NCBI GenBank assembly: GCA_009377745.1
Contig: WHTK01000011.1
Location: 18,527-82,526 of the forward strand
From: Dehalococcoidia bacterium
GTDB lineage: Bacteria; Chloroflexota; Dehalococcoidia; DSTF01; WHTK01
Reading direction: 5' to 3'
DNA length: 64,000 nucleotides
How positions within the stretch are numbered: the stretch's first letter is position 1; each line of letters opens with the position of its first letter. The notes below the pieces were generated by a model, which searched no databases, was not told the DNA's origin, and worked only from the letters and a program-made list of their open reading frames with translations. The position numbers were made by a program, and so were the translations under genes. Shown here piece after piece: positions 52,799-62,452 of the stretch.

Positions 52799-54025
52799 GT
52801 GACGGCAAAGTACGTAGAACCTTCCGGCGATCAAAAGGCTGGCTACCTGCATTACCGGCGTCCCGCATCGCCCTGGGAGCTCTTCCAGAAGGAGGAGGGT
52901 CTCCCGGTCTTCAAAGGCATCGGCATGAAGAACTCCCGCGACCTGCCGCGCCAGCCCTACGAGCGCATCGGCGGTCTCGGCACTTACATCCAGCTCTACG
53001 GCACCAACAATTCCACCGGCATGTTCCTCTGGGAGCTTCCCGGCCGCTCCGCCTCTAAGGACATCAAGCACTTCTGGGAGGAGCGCTACATAGTCATCGA
53101 AGGGCGTGGCTCTACCGAGGTCTGGAAAGAAGGCAGCAGCGCCAGGACCTCCTTCGAATGGCAGCCCTGGAGCGTTTTCTCCATCCCGATGAACGCCTCG
53201 TTCAAGGTCGTCAACGCCAGCTCCAGCCCGGCGATCCTGCTGGCCGTCAACACGGCGCCGCAGATGATCAACATGTTCCAGAGCAAGTCCTTCATCTTCA
53301 GCAACCCCTACAACTTCGAAGACCGCTTCGGCGGCAACCTGGAGGACTACTGGAAGCCGGCCGAGGACCTGGAATCCCACCCGACTCAGGGTCGCGCCAT
53401 GCTGCGCACCAACCTGTTCCCGGACGCCCAGAGCTGCTATCTGCCGCTCGATAACAATCGCGGGCCCGGCTACCGCTGGATATCGCCCAACATGGTCGGC
53501 AACACCAACCTCTCCGGCTTCATCGCCGAGTACCCCAGCGGCCGCTATGCCAAGGCGCACCACCACGGCTCTGGCGCCGTCCTGGTCTGCATGCGCGGCT
53601 TCGGATACAGCTACACCTGGCCCTCCAAGGAGGGCGGCCTCACACCCTGGAAGGACGGCAAGGGCGACCTCGTGATGCAGCAGGACTATGAGGAAGGCGG
53701 CATGATCAGCGCCGCTCCCACCCCTGTCGCCGGCGAGACCTGGTTCCACGAGCACTTCGCCGTTAGCAAGTCGCCGTTCCGTATCTTCAACTACACGGGC
53801 AACGGCGGCTTCGTTGGCGGCGGCGCCGGCACCAGCGAAGGGGAGATGGTCGCAGGCGTCGGCGCTGAGATCGGCGATGGCGGTATCGCCATCCCCTACC
53901 ACATGGAAGACCCGTACGTGCGCAAGTACTTCGAGTCCCGCCTCAAGGAGTCCGGCGCCACGTTCACGATGCCGGAGGAGGTCTACACCCCCGGCGGCAT
54001 CACCATCAACATCAACTACGCCTGA
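52799..54025 (+). CDS. Bicupin protein paralogue A3 (408 aa)
   Basis: RBS AAGGAG, GTG start, KHFWEE and AKAHHHG...WFHEHF. Confidence 0.9.
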   Translation: MTAKYVEPSGDQKAGYLHYRRPASPWELFQKEEGLPVFKGIGMKNSRDLPRQPYERIGGLGTYIQLYGTNNSTGMFLWELPGRSASKDIKHFWEERYIVIEGRGSTEVWKEGSSARTSFEWQPWSVFSIPMNASFKVVNASSSPAILLAVNTAPQMINMFQSKSFIFSNPYNFEDRFGGNLEDYWKPAEDLESHPTQGRAMLRTNLFPDAQSCYLPLDNNRGPGYRWISPNMVGNTNLSGFIAEYPSGRYAKAHHHGSGAVLVCMRGFGYSYTWPSKEGGLTPWKDGKGDLVMQQDYEEGGMISAAPTPVAGETWFHEHFAVSKSPFRIFNYTGNGGFVGGGAGTSEGEMVAGVGAEIGDGGIAIPYHMEDPYVRKYFESRLKESGATFTMPEEVYTPGGITININYA

Positions 54026-54050
54026 ACCCCAATCAGAGAGGATCACCCTA

Positions 54051-55157
54051 TTGGAAACTACCGAGAAATTGGCGCAAGACCCATTCCAGGCCTACATGGA
54101 GAGCACCGGCCTGCCGATCTATCGCGGCCACCACGTTGCCGACCTGCGCACCGTAGAGCTGGCCTGGTGGCCGGAGCGCGAATGCAACGCCGCCTTCACG
54201 GAACTGGCCGGCCAGGAGGGCATCACCGAGGGCCGTATCACCGAGATACCGGCCGGCAAGTCGCTGCCGCCTTTCCGCTCCGCCGTCGACGAACTGGTCT
54301 ACGTGGTCAGCGGCCAGGGTATCGCCACGGTGGCTACGGATGGCCGGCCCAAGAAGACGTTCGAGTGGCAGAAGTTCAGCCTCTTCCTGCTGCCCGGCGG
54401 CGTCACCTACCAGCTCGCCAACATGCAGGGCGATCAACCGGCCCGGCTCCTCCACTACAGCTACATGCCGCTGGCGATGAGCCTGGTGATGGACCACGAG
54501 CTGCTCTTCAACCCGCCGCACGAGACGCCCGACCGCATCTACAACGAGGACAACCCCTACGCCGAAGCCCAGCTCAAGCTCGGCCGCGGCTGGGGCTCCC
54601 GTAACATGCGCCAGGTCTGGACCGGTAACTTCTTCCCGGACATGCGCGGCTGGGACAAGCTAAACAACCTCTCCGGCCGCGGCGCCGGTGGCGCGTCCGT
54701 GATGATGCGCTACCCTGGCTCCGAGGTTAGCTCCCACATGTCCGTCTTCCCGCCCGGCACCTACAAGAAGGGCCACCGCCACGGACCCGGACGCATCATC
54801 GTCATCCCCGGCGGCGAAGGCTTCTCGATCATGTGGGAAGAGGGCCACGAGAAGGTCATTGTCCCCTGGCAGGAAGCCAGCATGTTCGTGCCGCCGGACC
54901 GGTGGTTCCACCAGCACTTCAACCTCGGCGGCACCCAGGCACGCTACCTGGCGCTGCACCCGCCGCCGCAGTTCTACGGCCGCAGCGAGCAGGTCGAGGA
55001 CCGCGAACGCGACCAGATCGAGTACCCGGATGAGGACCCATTCGTCCGCAACTACTTCGAGGAAGAGCTGGCGAAGCGCGGACTCAAGACCCTCATGCCA
55101 GAGGAGTGCTACAAGGACTACAACTATACCTTCGCCGCCGCCATTGCCGGCGACTAG
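54051..55157 (+). CDS. Divergent bicupin protein (type B)
   Basis: TTG start after GAGAGGA, FEWQKFSLF and YKKGHRHGPG...WFHQHFN. Confidence 0.88.
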   Translation: METTEKLAQDPFQAYMESTGLPIYRGHHVADLRTVELAWWPERECNAAFTELAGQEGITEGRITEIPAGKSLPPFRSAVDELVYVVSGQGIATVATDGRPKKTFEWQKFSLFLLPGGVTYQLANMQGDQPARLLHYSYMPLAMSLVMDHELLFNPPHETPDRIYNEDNPYAEAQLKLGRGWGSRNMRQVWTGNFFPDMRGWDKLNNLSGRGAGGASVMMRYPGSEVSSHMSVFPPGTYKKGHRHGPGRIIVIPGGEGFSIMWEEGHEKVIVPWQEASMFVPPDRWFHQHFNLGGTQARYLALHPPPQFYGRSEQVEDRERDQIEYPDEDPFVRNYFEEELAKRGLKTLMPEECYKDYNYTFAAAIAGD

Positions 55158-55190
55158 GTTGAGCCCCTCCTACGCTACGTCCGTCTTAGC

Positions 55191-55234
55191 TCCCCCTCTC
55201 CGTCCACGGAGAGGGGGACTGAGGGGGGAGAGGT
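55191..55234. repeat. CCCCTCTCC..GGAGAGGGG palindromic REP-like element
   Basis: Second copy at 56855-56904. Confidence 0.7.
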
Positions 55235-55242
55235 CGTAGCTC

Positions 55243-56700
55243 ATGGCTTTTAGCGACGAGCTGGAAGGCCTGGAGAGGATCACCCTCACCAGCGTCGGCA
55301 TCGACATCGGCTCCTCCACGTCGCATATCATCTTCTCCCGCCTCACCCTGCGCCGCGAGGGCGGCCTTTCGGGCCGCTTCCGGGTCGCCGAGCGGCGCGT
55401 CCTCTACGAGTCGCCGATCATGCTCACGCCCTACGTCTCGCAGTTCCAGCTCGACGCGGCCAAGCTTCAGGAGTTCATCACCCGCTGCTACGCTGACGCC
55501 AAGATCGACGCCTCTAAGGTCGATACCGGCGCGGTCATCCTGACGGGTGAGGCGCTCAAGAAGGAGAACGCCCAGCCGATCTCCGAGTTCTTTGCCGCCC
55601 AGTCCGGTAAGTTCATCTGCGCCTCGGCCGGCCCCAACCACGAATGCGTCCTCGCCGCCCACGGCTCCGGCGCCTTCCAGGCCTCGGCGGCGGAAGGCAC
55701 GACGGTGCTCAACGTCGATATGGGCGGCGGCACAACCAAGTTCACCGTGATCCGCGACGGCGTCATCACGGAGCTCGCCTCGGTCAACATCGGCGCCCGC
55801 CTGATCGCCATCGATGAGGAGGGCGTCATCCAGCGCCTCGAAGACGCCGGCCGCATCGTCGCAGCCGACATCGGCCGCGATGTCGATCTGGGTACGCACC
55901 TCGATCACCCTGCCCTCGAAGCGCTGGCCGCCCGCATGGCCGAGGTCCTCTTCGACGTGATGCAGCAGGGATCGGACTTGAGTGGCCTGGCGTCTGAGCT
56001 GATGATCACGCCGCCGCTGCAGACCCGTCTTGAAGCCATCGACAGCATCTTCTTCTCCGGCGGCGTCTCCGAGTATGTCTACGACCGCGAAGCCACCAAC
56101 TACGGCGACCTCGGCCGGCTGCTGGGAGTGGGCGTCCGCGCCAAGCTCGCCAGCCTCGGCATCGAGGACCGCGTGCGCACGCCGATCGCCGGCATCCGTG
56201 CGACCGTCATCGGCGCCGGCGAGTACACGGTGCAGGCCAGCGGCACGACCTGCTACTTTTCCAACACCGATGCCCTGCCCGTCATGGGACTCAAGGTCTT
56301 GCGCGCCCTCGATTCAGCCAACCTCGTGAGCGAGATCCGGCGCCAGTTCCTCAAATTCGATATCGAGCGCTATGGCCCTGGCCTGGCGCTGTCCGTGCAG
56401 TTGCCCGAGGTCCTCAACTACCCCGTCCTGCGCGACGTCGCGGAGCAGATCACGGAGATCGTCTCCGAAGACAGCGATCTCTCGCCCGTTTATCTGATGC
56501 TGGACGCCGATGTCGCCAAGAGCCTCGGCCGCATCCTGAAGGAAGAGCTGGCACTGCCACAGGAGGTCATCGTCATCGACGGCATCGAAGTCGAGGGTGA
56601 CCTCGACTACGTCGACATCGGCAAACCGCTGGGCATCACCGAGGTCGTCCCAGTCACCGTCAAGAGCCTCGTGTTCCCGACGGCCGCGCCCGCCGACTGA
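55243..56700 (+). CDS. eutA: EutA-like reactivating factor (ASKHA ATPase)
   Basis: SVGIDIGSSTS, GAVILTGE, SAGP..E..LAAHGSGA, NVDMGGGTT, IRATVIGA, DYVDIG and VPVTVKSLVF. Confidence 0.88.
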   Translation: MAFSDELEGLERITLTSVGIDIGSSTSHIIFSRLTLRREGGLSGRFRVAERRVLYESPIMLTPYVSQFQLDAAKLQEFITRCYADAKIDASKVDTGAVILTGEALKKENAQPISEFFAAQSGKFICASAGPNHECVLAAHGSGAFQASAAEGTTVLNVDMGGGTTKFTVIRDGVITELASVNIGARLIAIDEEGVIQRLEDAGRIVAADIGRDVDLGTHLDHPALEALAARMAEVLFDVMQQGSDLSGLASELMITPPLQTRLEAIDSIFFSGGVSEYVYDREATNYGDLGRLLGVGVRAKLASLGIEDRVRTPIAGIRATVIGAGEYTVQASGTTCYFSNTDALPVMGLKVLRALDSANLVSEIRRQFLKFDIERYGPGLALSVQLPEVLNYPVLRDVAEQITEIVSEDSDLSPVYLMLDADVAKSLGRILKEELALPQEVIVIDGIEVEGDLDYVDIGKPLGITEVVPVTVKSLVFPTAAPAD

Positions 56701-56854
56701 TCGGCTGGGACCGCTCTTAAATTCGCCGCGTTTGCGTCCTTTGACAGACTCAGGATGCCTCTAGTGGCATCTTCTCTCGGAGATAGTGCTGCTCGAAGCT
56801 CGGTTGCGTAGACCTCTCCCAGATTGTCCTGTCTCGTAGCGCTATCGAACCTTC

Positions 56855-56904
56855 GCCCCTCTCCGTCGACGGAGAGGGGCTGCCGACAGGCAGGGGGAGA
56901 GGCC
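56855..56904. repeat. CCCCTCTCC..GGAGAGGGG palindromic REP-like element
   Basis: Matches 55191-55234. Confidence 0.7.
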
Positions 56905-56920
56905 TCCACGCCTACTCAAG

Positions 56921-56954
56921 AAAGGGGGCCGGTCGATGAGACCGGCCCCCCTTT
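56921..56954. terminator. Bidirectional intrinsic terminator
   Basis: AAAGGGGGCCGGTC-gatga-GACCGGCCCCCCTTT between convergent genes. Confidence 0.75.
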
Positions 56955-56980
56955 AACGTTTAGCTATTTCGCAAACAGCG

Positions 56981-58294
56981 CTAGTCCATACCTCCGCCGC
57001 CACGGCGTCCCACCGCCATGCGCGTCTCCAGCATCGTTAGGCCGAACAAGCCGTCCTTCATCGCCTCGAACCACTGCGTGCCCTTTGGGAGCACCGTCTC
57101 CAGCGAGCGCAGCTTGTAGTACGTCGGCGCAACGCCGGGCGGGTGGCCACCATCTTCGACACTCTTGATCGCCTTGAGCAGGGTGCGGCGAGCGTTGATG
57201 ATCGCCCGGTCCGTCGTGCCCAGGCGCTCCAGCGTGCGGTCGGCGATGGCGCCCATGCTTTCCTGGATCGCCCGGTCCTGAGTGTTGGTCCCCAGAATGC
57301 CGGTGTAAGTCTCGTTCTTCTGCAGCTCCCGGTCGATCTCGTACCTATTGTCCATGTTGCGCACGGACCGGAAGTTGTTCTCCACGTTGATGTCGACATA
57401 AAGCTCGTTGCCGGAGCCCGTCAGCTTCTTCTGGCGCTCGGACAGCGGCTCCTTGCCCCAGTCCCAGTGCAGGTTGAAGACCATCGTGTTCTCGTCGTCC
57501 ATCGGCACCCAGATGTGGCCGTTGCTGCCGGATGTGCCGCCGGGCCGGATCTGGTACCACGGCATGATCCAGTGATAAGCGCGGACGTAGTCGCCCTCGT
57601 CGCCCATCGTGCGGATGCCGGCATAGCTATAGCCGTAGTCGGTCGGGACAACCTCGATGACCGGCGCCAGCGACAGGTTGCGCGCGCGCCCGCCGACCGT
57701 GTTGTCATCGAACGTCTGGCCCGGAGGCTTGCCGCCGTGGAGGAAGTTGGTGTGAGAGCTGTCGATGCCGCCCTCGAGGGCCTGCAGCCAGTTGCTCTGC
57801 TGCCAGATCTTCGAGATACCCAGGTTAGCGTCCGGCAGCTGCGTCCACTCGAAGTGCGGCGGCGCCGGCTTCTTCTCCGGCGGGCCCATGTAGGCCCAGA
57901 CGACGCTGCCGGCCTCGACGGTTGGGTAGGCCGGGATGCGGACTTTGTCCTTGAAGTTGGACTCCTCCGGCTCCGAGGGCATGTCTACACAGTGGCCTTC
58001 ACAGTCGAACTTCCAGCCGTGGTATACGCAGCGCAGGCCGTTCTCCTCATTGCGGCCCCAGAAGAGGTGGGCGCGGCGATGAGCGCAGCGGGCGCCGACA
58101 ATGCCAACGCGGCCGTCGGTCTGGCGGAAGGCGACCAGCTCTTCGCTGAGCAGCTTGATCGTGATCGGTGGGCTGTCGGGCTCCGGCACCTCCCACGAAA
58201 GTGCCGCCGGTACCCAGTAGCGGCGCATGAGCTCGCCCATGGGCGTGCCCGGCCCGACCCTGCACAGAGTCTCGTTTTGCTCTTGTGTTAGCAT
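56981..58294 (-). CDS. Rieske oxygenase alpha subunit (phthalate 4,5-dioxygenase/LigXa-like)
   Basis: RBS AAGGAGG, CAHRRAH...CVYHGW and EGGIDSSHTNFLH. Confidence 0.93.
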   Translation of the reverse strand: MLTQEQNETLCRVGPGTPMGELMRRYWVPAALSWEVPEPDSPPITIKLLSEELVAFRQTDGRVGIVGARCAHRRAHLFWGRNEENGLRCVYHGWKFDCEGHCVDMPSEPEESNFKDKVRIPAYPTVEAGSVVWAYMGPPEKKPAPPHFEWTQLPDANLGISKIWQQSNWLQALEGGIDSSHTNFLHGGKPPGQTFDDNTVGGRARNLSLAPVIEVVPTDYGYSYAGIRTMGDEGDYVRAYHWIMPWYQIRPGGTSGSNGHIWVPMDDENTMVFNLHWDWGKEPLSERQKKLTGSGNELYVDINVENNFRSVRNMDNRYEIDRELQKNETYTGILGTNTQDRAIQESMGAIADRTLERLGTTDRAIINARRTLLKAIKSVEDGGHPPGVAPTYYKLRSLETVLPKGTQWFEAMKDGLFGLTMLETRMAVGRRGGGGMD

Positions 58295-58556
58295 GTGTCC
58301 TCCTTGGGCAAGCGAAAACGCGAACCGCCGGCGGATACCGGCCTGCCTAGATAATAAGCCGCCCTGTCAATAGGGCTATAGACGTAACTAAATTCCGTCA
58401 AGTAGTCCGCGCCGCGCTGAACGGGTGAGTAGCTGGGCGGGGCTCGCCGGCGCCTGGACCGTTTGTTATGGTATGCGCCTTGATTAGCGCAACGTTGATC
58501 GGCTAAGGTACGCGGGTGCCAAGGGGTGGCAGCCCGGCAATCCTCTGGAGGTCAAA

Positions 58557-59180
58557 ATGAGTGTATTCCGCAACAACCCCAGGCAGAACGATCCCGATTC
58601 CGGCGCCCGCTTCGTTGACCCGCCGGCCCGGCCTGAACCCGTAGACCTGCTGAACCAGGATGCCTCCCGGGAGAGCGCCCGCGCTGCCTCCACCCCAGCG
58701 CCGGACGCGCCCGCGCCGTCATCGTCGTCATTCACGCCCTTCTCCGAGCGCGAGGCCCGCGCCATGCCCACGGAGGCTGACAAGTGCGCCAACGTCATCG
58801 CCGCCGGCTCCAAGTGGAACGGCTCGCTCAACATCGATGACAGCGTCCGCATCGAAGGCCAGCTCTCGGGCGAGGTCAACGCCAAGGGCACCGTCCACAT
58901 CTCCGAGGGCGCCCGCGTCGATGCCAAGATCAAGGCCGCCTTCGTGGTGGTTAGCGGCGCCTTCAAAGGCGAGGTCCGTTGCAGCGAGCGCCTGGAGCTC
59001 ATGCCCAAGAGCCGCATCGAGGGTCAGATCGTGACCAAGGTGCTCAACGTCCACGAAGGCGCCGTCGTTGATGGCACCATCCAGATGACGGAACGGGAAG
59101 CGGCGCGCTCCAAGGAGAACGGCAACGGCGCTGAGTCCACGGAATCGCAGCCCCGTAGCCGCACCGCCTCGACTAACTAA
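58557..59180 (+). CDS. Bactofilin (polymer-forming cytoskeletal protein)
   Basis: Beta-helix repeats VRIEGQLSGEV, VVVSG.FKGEV and GAVVDGTIQM, with a disordered N-terminus. Confidence 0.9.
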   Translation: MSVFRNNPRQNDPDSGARFVDPPARPEPVDLLNQDASRESARAASTPAPDAPAPSSSSFTPFSEREARAMPTEADKCANVIAAGSKWNGSLNIDDSVRIEGQLSGEVNAKGTVHISEGARVDAKIKAAFVVVSGAFKGEVRCSERLELMPKSRIEGQIVTKVLNVHEGAVVDGTIQMTEREAARSKENGNGAESTESQPRSRTASTN

Positions 59181-59547
59181 TCTCAGCCGCGACGATATCG
59201 TCCCGGTCGGCCAGGACCAGGTGGGTCTCACCCCACTGGTCCGGCTGGCCTGCGCTCCATGCCTCGCCGGAGCCCGCCGGCCGTAGCCGGATGCCCCAGT
59301 CGCCACCGTAGATCAGGTAAGCCGCGCCCGCGCCGGAGTCTTCGACCTGCACAGCCCACGCCTCCGCAGGCGACCCATCTGCCTCGCTGGACCAGCCCGC
59401 GACCTCGTACATCGCGCCATCGGGCTGACCATCGAAGATCCGGACTGCTGTCGCTCGAAACGGGTCGGTGAGGTTCTTGAACGCCAGGTTGGCGGACATC
59501 GGACAATTGTCGCTGGGCTCCACTTCCACGCGGGTGTACATGCTCAA
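59173..59547 (-). CDS. Hypothetical protein
   Basis: 124-aa ORF with typical codon usage. Confidence 0.65.
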   Translation of the reverse strand: MSMYTRVEVEPSDNCPMSANLAFKNLTDPFRATAVRIFDGQPDGAMYEVAGWSSEADGSPAEAWAVQVEDSGAGAAYLIYGGDWGIRLRPAGSGEAWSAGQPDQWGETHLVLADRDDIVAAEIS

Positions 59548-59731
59548 ACTCTAGGTCGCGTCCGCCCCGGCAGCAAGCGCATGGTTTTGTAGCGAAATAG
59601 CGTTGGGTGGTCCAATCCTGCGAGTTGAAACCCGCAGCTTGTGATTTTGGAAGTGGTTTGCTGGAGGACGGGCAAGAGTGTGACAGGCTCACGGGGATTC
59701 CTTGCGTTGGTCGCCGTGACTGCCGACACTT

Positions 59732-60214
59732 ATGAAGATGGAGTCTCTATCGAAGTTCTTCCGGCGCGAGCGGGCGGGTCACCGGCTTTATTGGCTGACA
59801 ACGGATATCGCCATTGCCAGGGAGCCGGCCGATGCCGACCTGCCCGGCCTGCATGCAGCCGGCGTCCGAGGCATCCTCGACCTGCGCGCCGAGATGCCGG
59901 AGCGATCCGAGCTGGCCTCTGCCGCGGGCTTGCGCTATCTCCGCGTCCCCGTCGTGGAGGGCGATGCCCCCACGCCGGCTGAGTTGCGTCTCGCCACCGG
60001 CTGGGTCAAGGACCGCATCGCTGCCGAAGGCCCCGTCCTCGTCCACTGCCGCGAAGGCCGCGGTCGCAGCGCCATGGTTGCCTGCGCCACCCTCGTCGGC
60101 CTTGGCATCCCCCTCTTCGACGCCTATCAGGCCCTGCGCCGCGCCCGCCCCGACGTCGCGCTCAACGATGTCCAGGACGAAGCCCTGCGCCTCTTCTCCC
60201 AAAGCCAGTCCTAG
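59732..60214 (+). CDS. Dual-specificity/protein-tyrosine phosphatase family
   Basis: VLVHCREGRGRS (CX5R). Confidence 0.9.
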   Translation: MKMESLSKFFRRERAGHRLYWLTTDIAIAREPADADLPGLHAAGVRGILDLRAEMPERSELASAAGLRYLRVPVVEGDAPTPAELRLATGWVKDRIAAEGPVLVHCREGRGRSAMVACATLVGLGIPLFDAYQALRRARPDVALNDVQDEALRLFSQSQS

Positions 60215-60349
60215 ATATTATTCCGGGCACGGGGAATCTAACCCCACGCTGATTCTCCGGATTCTCGGATGCCGGCGTCTGGAGCAACTCGAAAGAAAGA
60301 GGCCGTACTCCGGCCTCGATGCTCTAAGCCCTATCCCTGCCTGTAACCG

Positions 60350-62308
60350 TCACGACATCCGGTAGACGATCTCAATCTCCCGGTCCGTCCGCAGGTCCGT
60401 AACGATACTCATCCCCTCGACAGCCTCGCCGTCCACCCGCGCCGACTCCAGGCGCGCGCCCTTCGGCAGCACCATGTGGACCTCCAGCGGCAGCGCCTCC
60501 GTCCCGGCTTCCTTCTGCACGTATACGCGGTAGCGGAACAGCCCGTCCGGCCCCTCTTCCACTATCGATGGCGTCTCGTAGAAGAACTGCACGCTAGCGC
60601 TCGCCCCCGGCAGCACCGGGAAGAAGCGCCCGAATACTTTGCGCCCGCGTTCCACATCCACCTGCTCCGCGCCCGCGCTCTTGCCCGCCAGCCGCACGTC
60701 CAGCAGGCGCGCCTGCTCAGAGGCATAAACGCGCAGGTAGCAGCCGTAGACGCCATCCAGCATCAGCGAACGGACGAGCTGGGGGTCGCGGCCTTCTTGC
60801 CAATCCGGGAAGGGATTGCCGATCTCATACGTGAGCAGCGTCCTGGCCTGGCCGTCCGGCATTAGCTGCAGGTCAATGCGCGCCTTCGTGTCCAGGATCA
60901 GGTTCAGCTTGGTGCTGTTTACGCTGGAGTCGGCGATCAGCAGATAGTCGCCTTTGCTATCGCCGATCATGCTGCAGTCGAAGCCGTACTCGTTGCTGAG
61001 CGACTGCAGCCGCTCGTCGTTGAAGTGCAGTTGCAGGTGACGCTCTCGCCCCATCCGGTCGAGCAGCCGCAGCAGGTCTACCCACTGCTCTTTGGGCGCA
61101 GCGAAGACCCGGTTCAGCACGGACGACGCCAGGTACGAAAGAAACGCCTTCTTCGGTGCGCCCGTCGCCACGGCCGGCGCTCCGGGCACGTAGGTGTCGT
61201 CCCGTGTTAGTTCCAGCGTCAGCTCCTCGATGTTCTCCGGTGTCACGGTCACGCTGTAGTCCGGCACCACAACCGGCCCCAGGAGCTCCAGCAGCGCCTT
61301 CATGAACTTCAGGTCGATGGCGATCGTCCCGTCCGTGGAGGGCGCGCCTCCCTTTGCCACAAAGCTGCTTGCCAGCTCCGCGGTGGTCGGGAAGTGCGGG
61401 TACCAACCGGCTTCGCCCAGACCCCAGGAGTAGTCGCGCTTGAGATAGTTCTTCAGCGGACCCGGAGGCTCGATGTACTCCCCCGTCTGATCCTGCCAGC
61501 GGTTGAACAGCGTCCCGAAGTACTCCAGCTCCATGCCCACGAGCCGGCCGCCGTCAAACGTGACGATGCCGTAGCTGGAGATCAGCCCGCCCGAAGGCAG
61601 CAGCTCAGTGTCGTTCTGGGGCAGCACGAGGTAGCGCCGCATGCCGTTGTAGCCCAGCAGGTCCGGTAGCAACGCGTTGGCGCGGCTGTAGCCTTCCACC
61701 AGCCCTTCCAGCTTCTCGAGCGCGCCGTCGAGGTCCGCTGTCGCACTGCCGAGGGGACCTTTGAGGCCGGCGGGCAGCTCCGCCCGAGATGCCTGTAGCC
61801 GCCGCAACCCCGCCTCGATCTCAGACATGGCTGCTTCCTGGCTCGTGAGGAAGGTCAGGGCTTCTTCAATCGATGTGCGGTTGGGGTCGCGCTCGTAGCG
61901 CGTAAAGGCCAGCGCGACGTCTGTAGCCCGAAGGCCTGTCTGGACCGACTCCTCCGCCGCGATTACCAGCGTTTTCAACCCCTGAGCCTGGTCGCCGAGG
62001 AAGGGCAGTGGTTCCAGCAGGAACAGGACCGGGTCCGTCCTGACGAAGCTCTCCGCCGACTTCAGCCGTTCGCCGGCGCTGCGCAACAGCTCCTGCTTGG
62101 CCATCACGTCAGCCTCGGAGTCCTGGAGCTTGGTGACGTCGAGATCGTCTTTGATCGAGAGCAGCGCCTCCTTGCTTGCCGACACGTCGGTGTAGAAGGC
62201 GTAGGCGCGGTAAGCCTCGGCGGCCAGCAGCACGGCCAACACAGCCAGGATCGGCAGGAGCCAGCGGTAGCGTCGCCGGAGATTGCGAAAGGCTTTGTCG
62301 AAAAACAC
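60350..62308 (-). CDS. DUF4012 domain membrane-anchored protein
   Basis: N-terminal TM, YLVLPQNDTELLPSGGLISSYG and PHFPTTA. Confidence 0.85.
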   Translation of the reverse strand: MFFDKAFRNLRRRYRWLLPILAVLAVLLAAEAYRAYAFYTDVSASKEALLSIKDDLDVTKLQDSEADVMAKQELLRSAGERLKSAESFVRTDPVLFLLEPLPFLGDQAQGLKTLVIAAEESVQTGLRATDVALAFTRYERDPNRTSIEEALTFLTSQEAAMSEIEAGLRRLQASRAELPAGLKGPLGSATADLDGALEKLEGLVEGYSRANALLPDLLGYNGMRRYLVLPQNDTELLPSGGLISSYGIVTFDGGRLVGMELEYFGTLFNRWQDQTGEYIEPPGPLKNYLKRDYSWGLGEAGWYPHFPTTAELASSFVAKGGAPSTDGTIAIDLKFMKALLELLGPVVVPDYSVTVTPENIEELTLELTRDDTYVPGAPAVATGAPKKAFLSYLASSVLNRVFAAPKEQWVDLLRLLDRMGRERHLQLHFNDERLQSLSNEYGFDCSMIGDSKGDYLLIADSSVNSTKLNLILDTKARIDLQLMPDGQARTLLTYEIGNPFPDWQEGRDPQLVRSLMLDGVYGCYLRVYASEQARLLDVRLAGKSAGAEQVDVERGRKVFGRFFPVLPGASASVQFFYETPSIVEEGPDGLFRYRVYVQKEAGTEALPLEVHMVLPKGARLESARVDGEAVEGMSIVTDLRTDREIEIVYRMS

Positions 62309-62452
62309 TATGCTTAATTATCGGAAGGGCGCACAGATGACATAGACGCGCCGCTCACCGAGATTCCCTTCTCGACATCTAGAACGCAGCAAGTAGCCTC
62401 ATGATTACGGGCCTTCCGCCGCGCCCATCGCTGCGTCCCGTGTCTCTGGCCG

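Noticed and set aside
50010-54025. Diversity-generating retroelement (template/variable repeats)
   Set aside because: All copies are full genes, differences are mostly synonymous and not adenine-specific, and there is no reverse transcriptase.
55243-56700. Ethanolamine utilisation (eut) operon
   Set aside because: No eutB/eutC, shell proteins or transporter nearby.
49992-58291. Long antisense ORFs (49992..51140, 51620..52600, 52688..54046, 57143..58291; also 41944..43263, 10976..12094)
   Set aside because: Shadow frames typical of high-GC3 genes, with no motifs.
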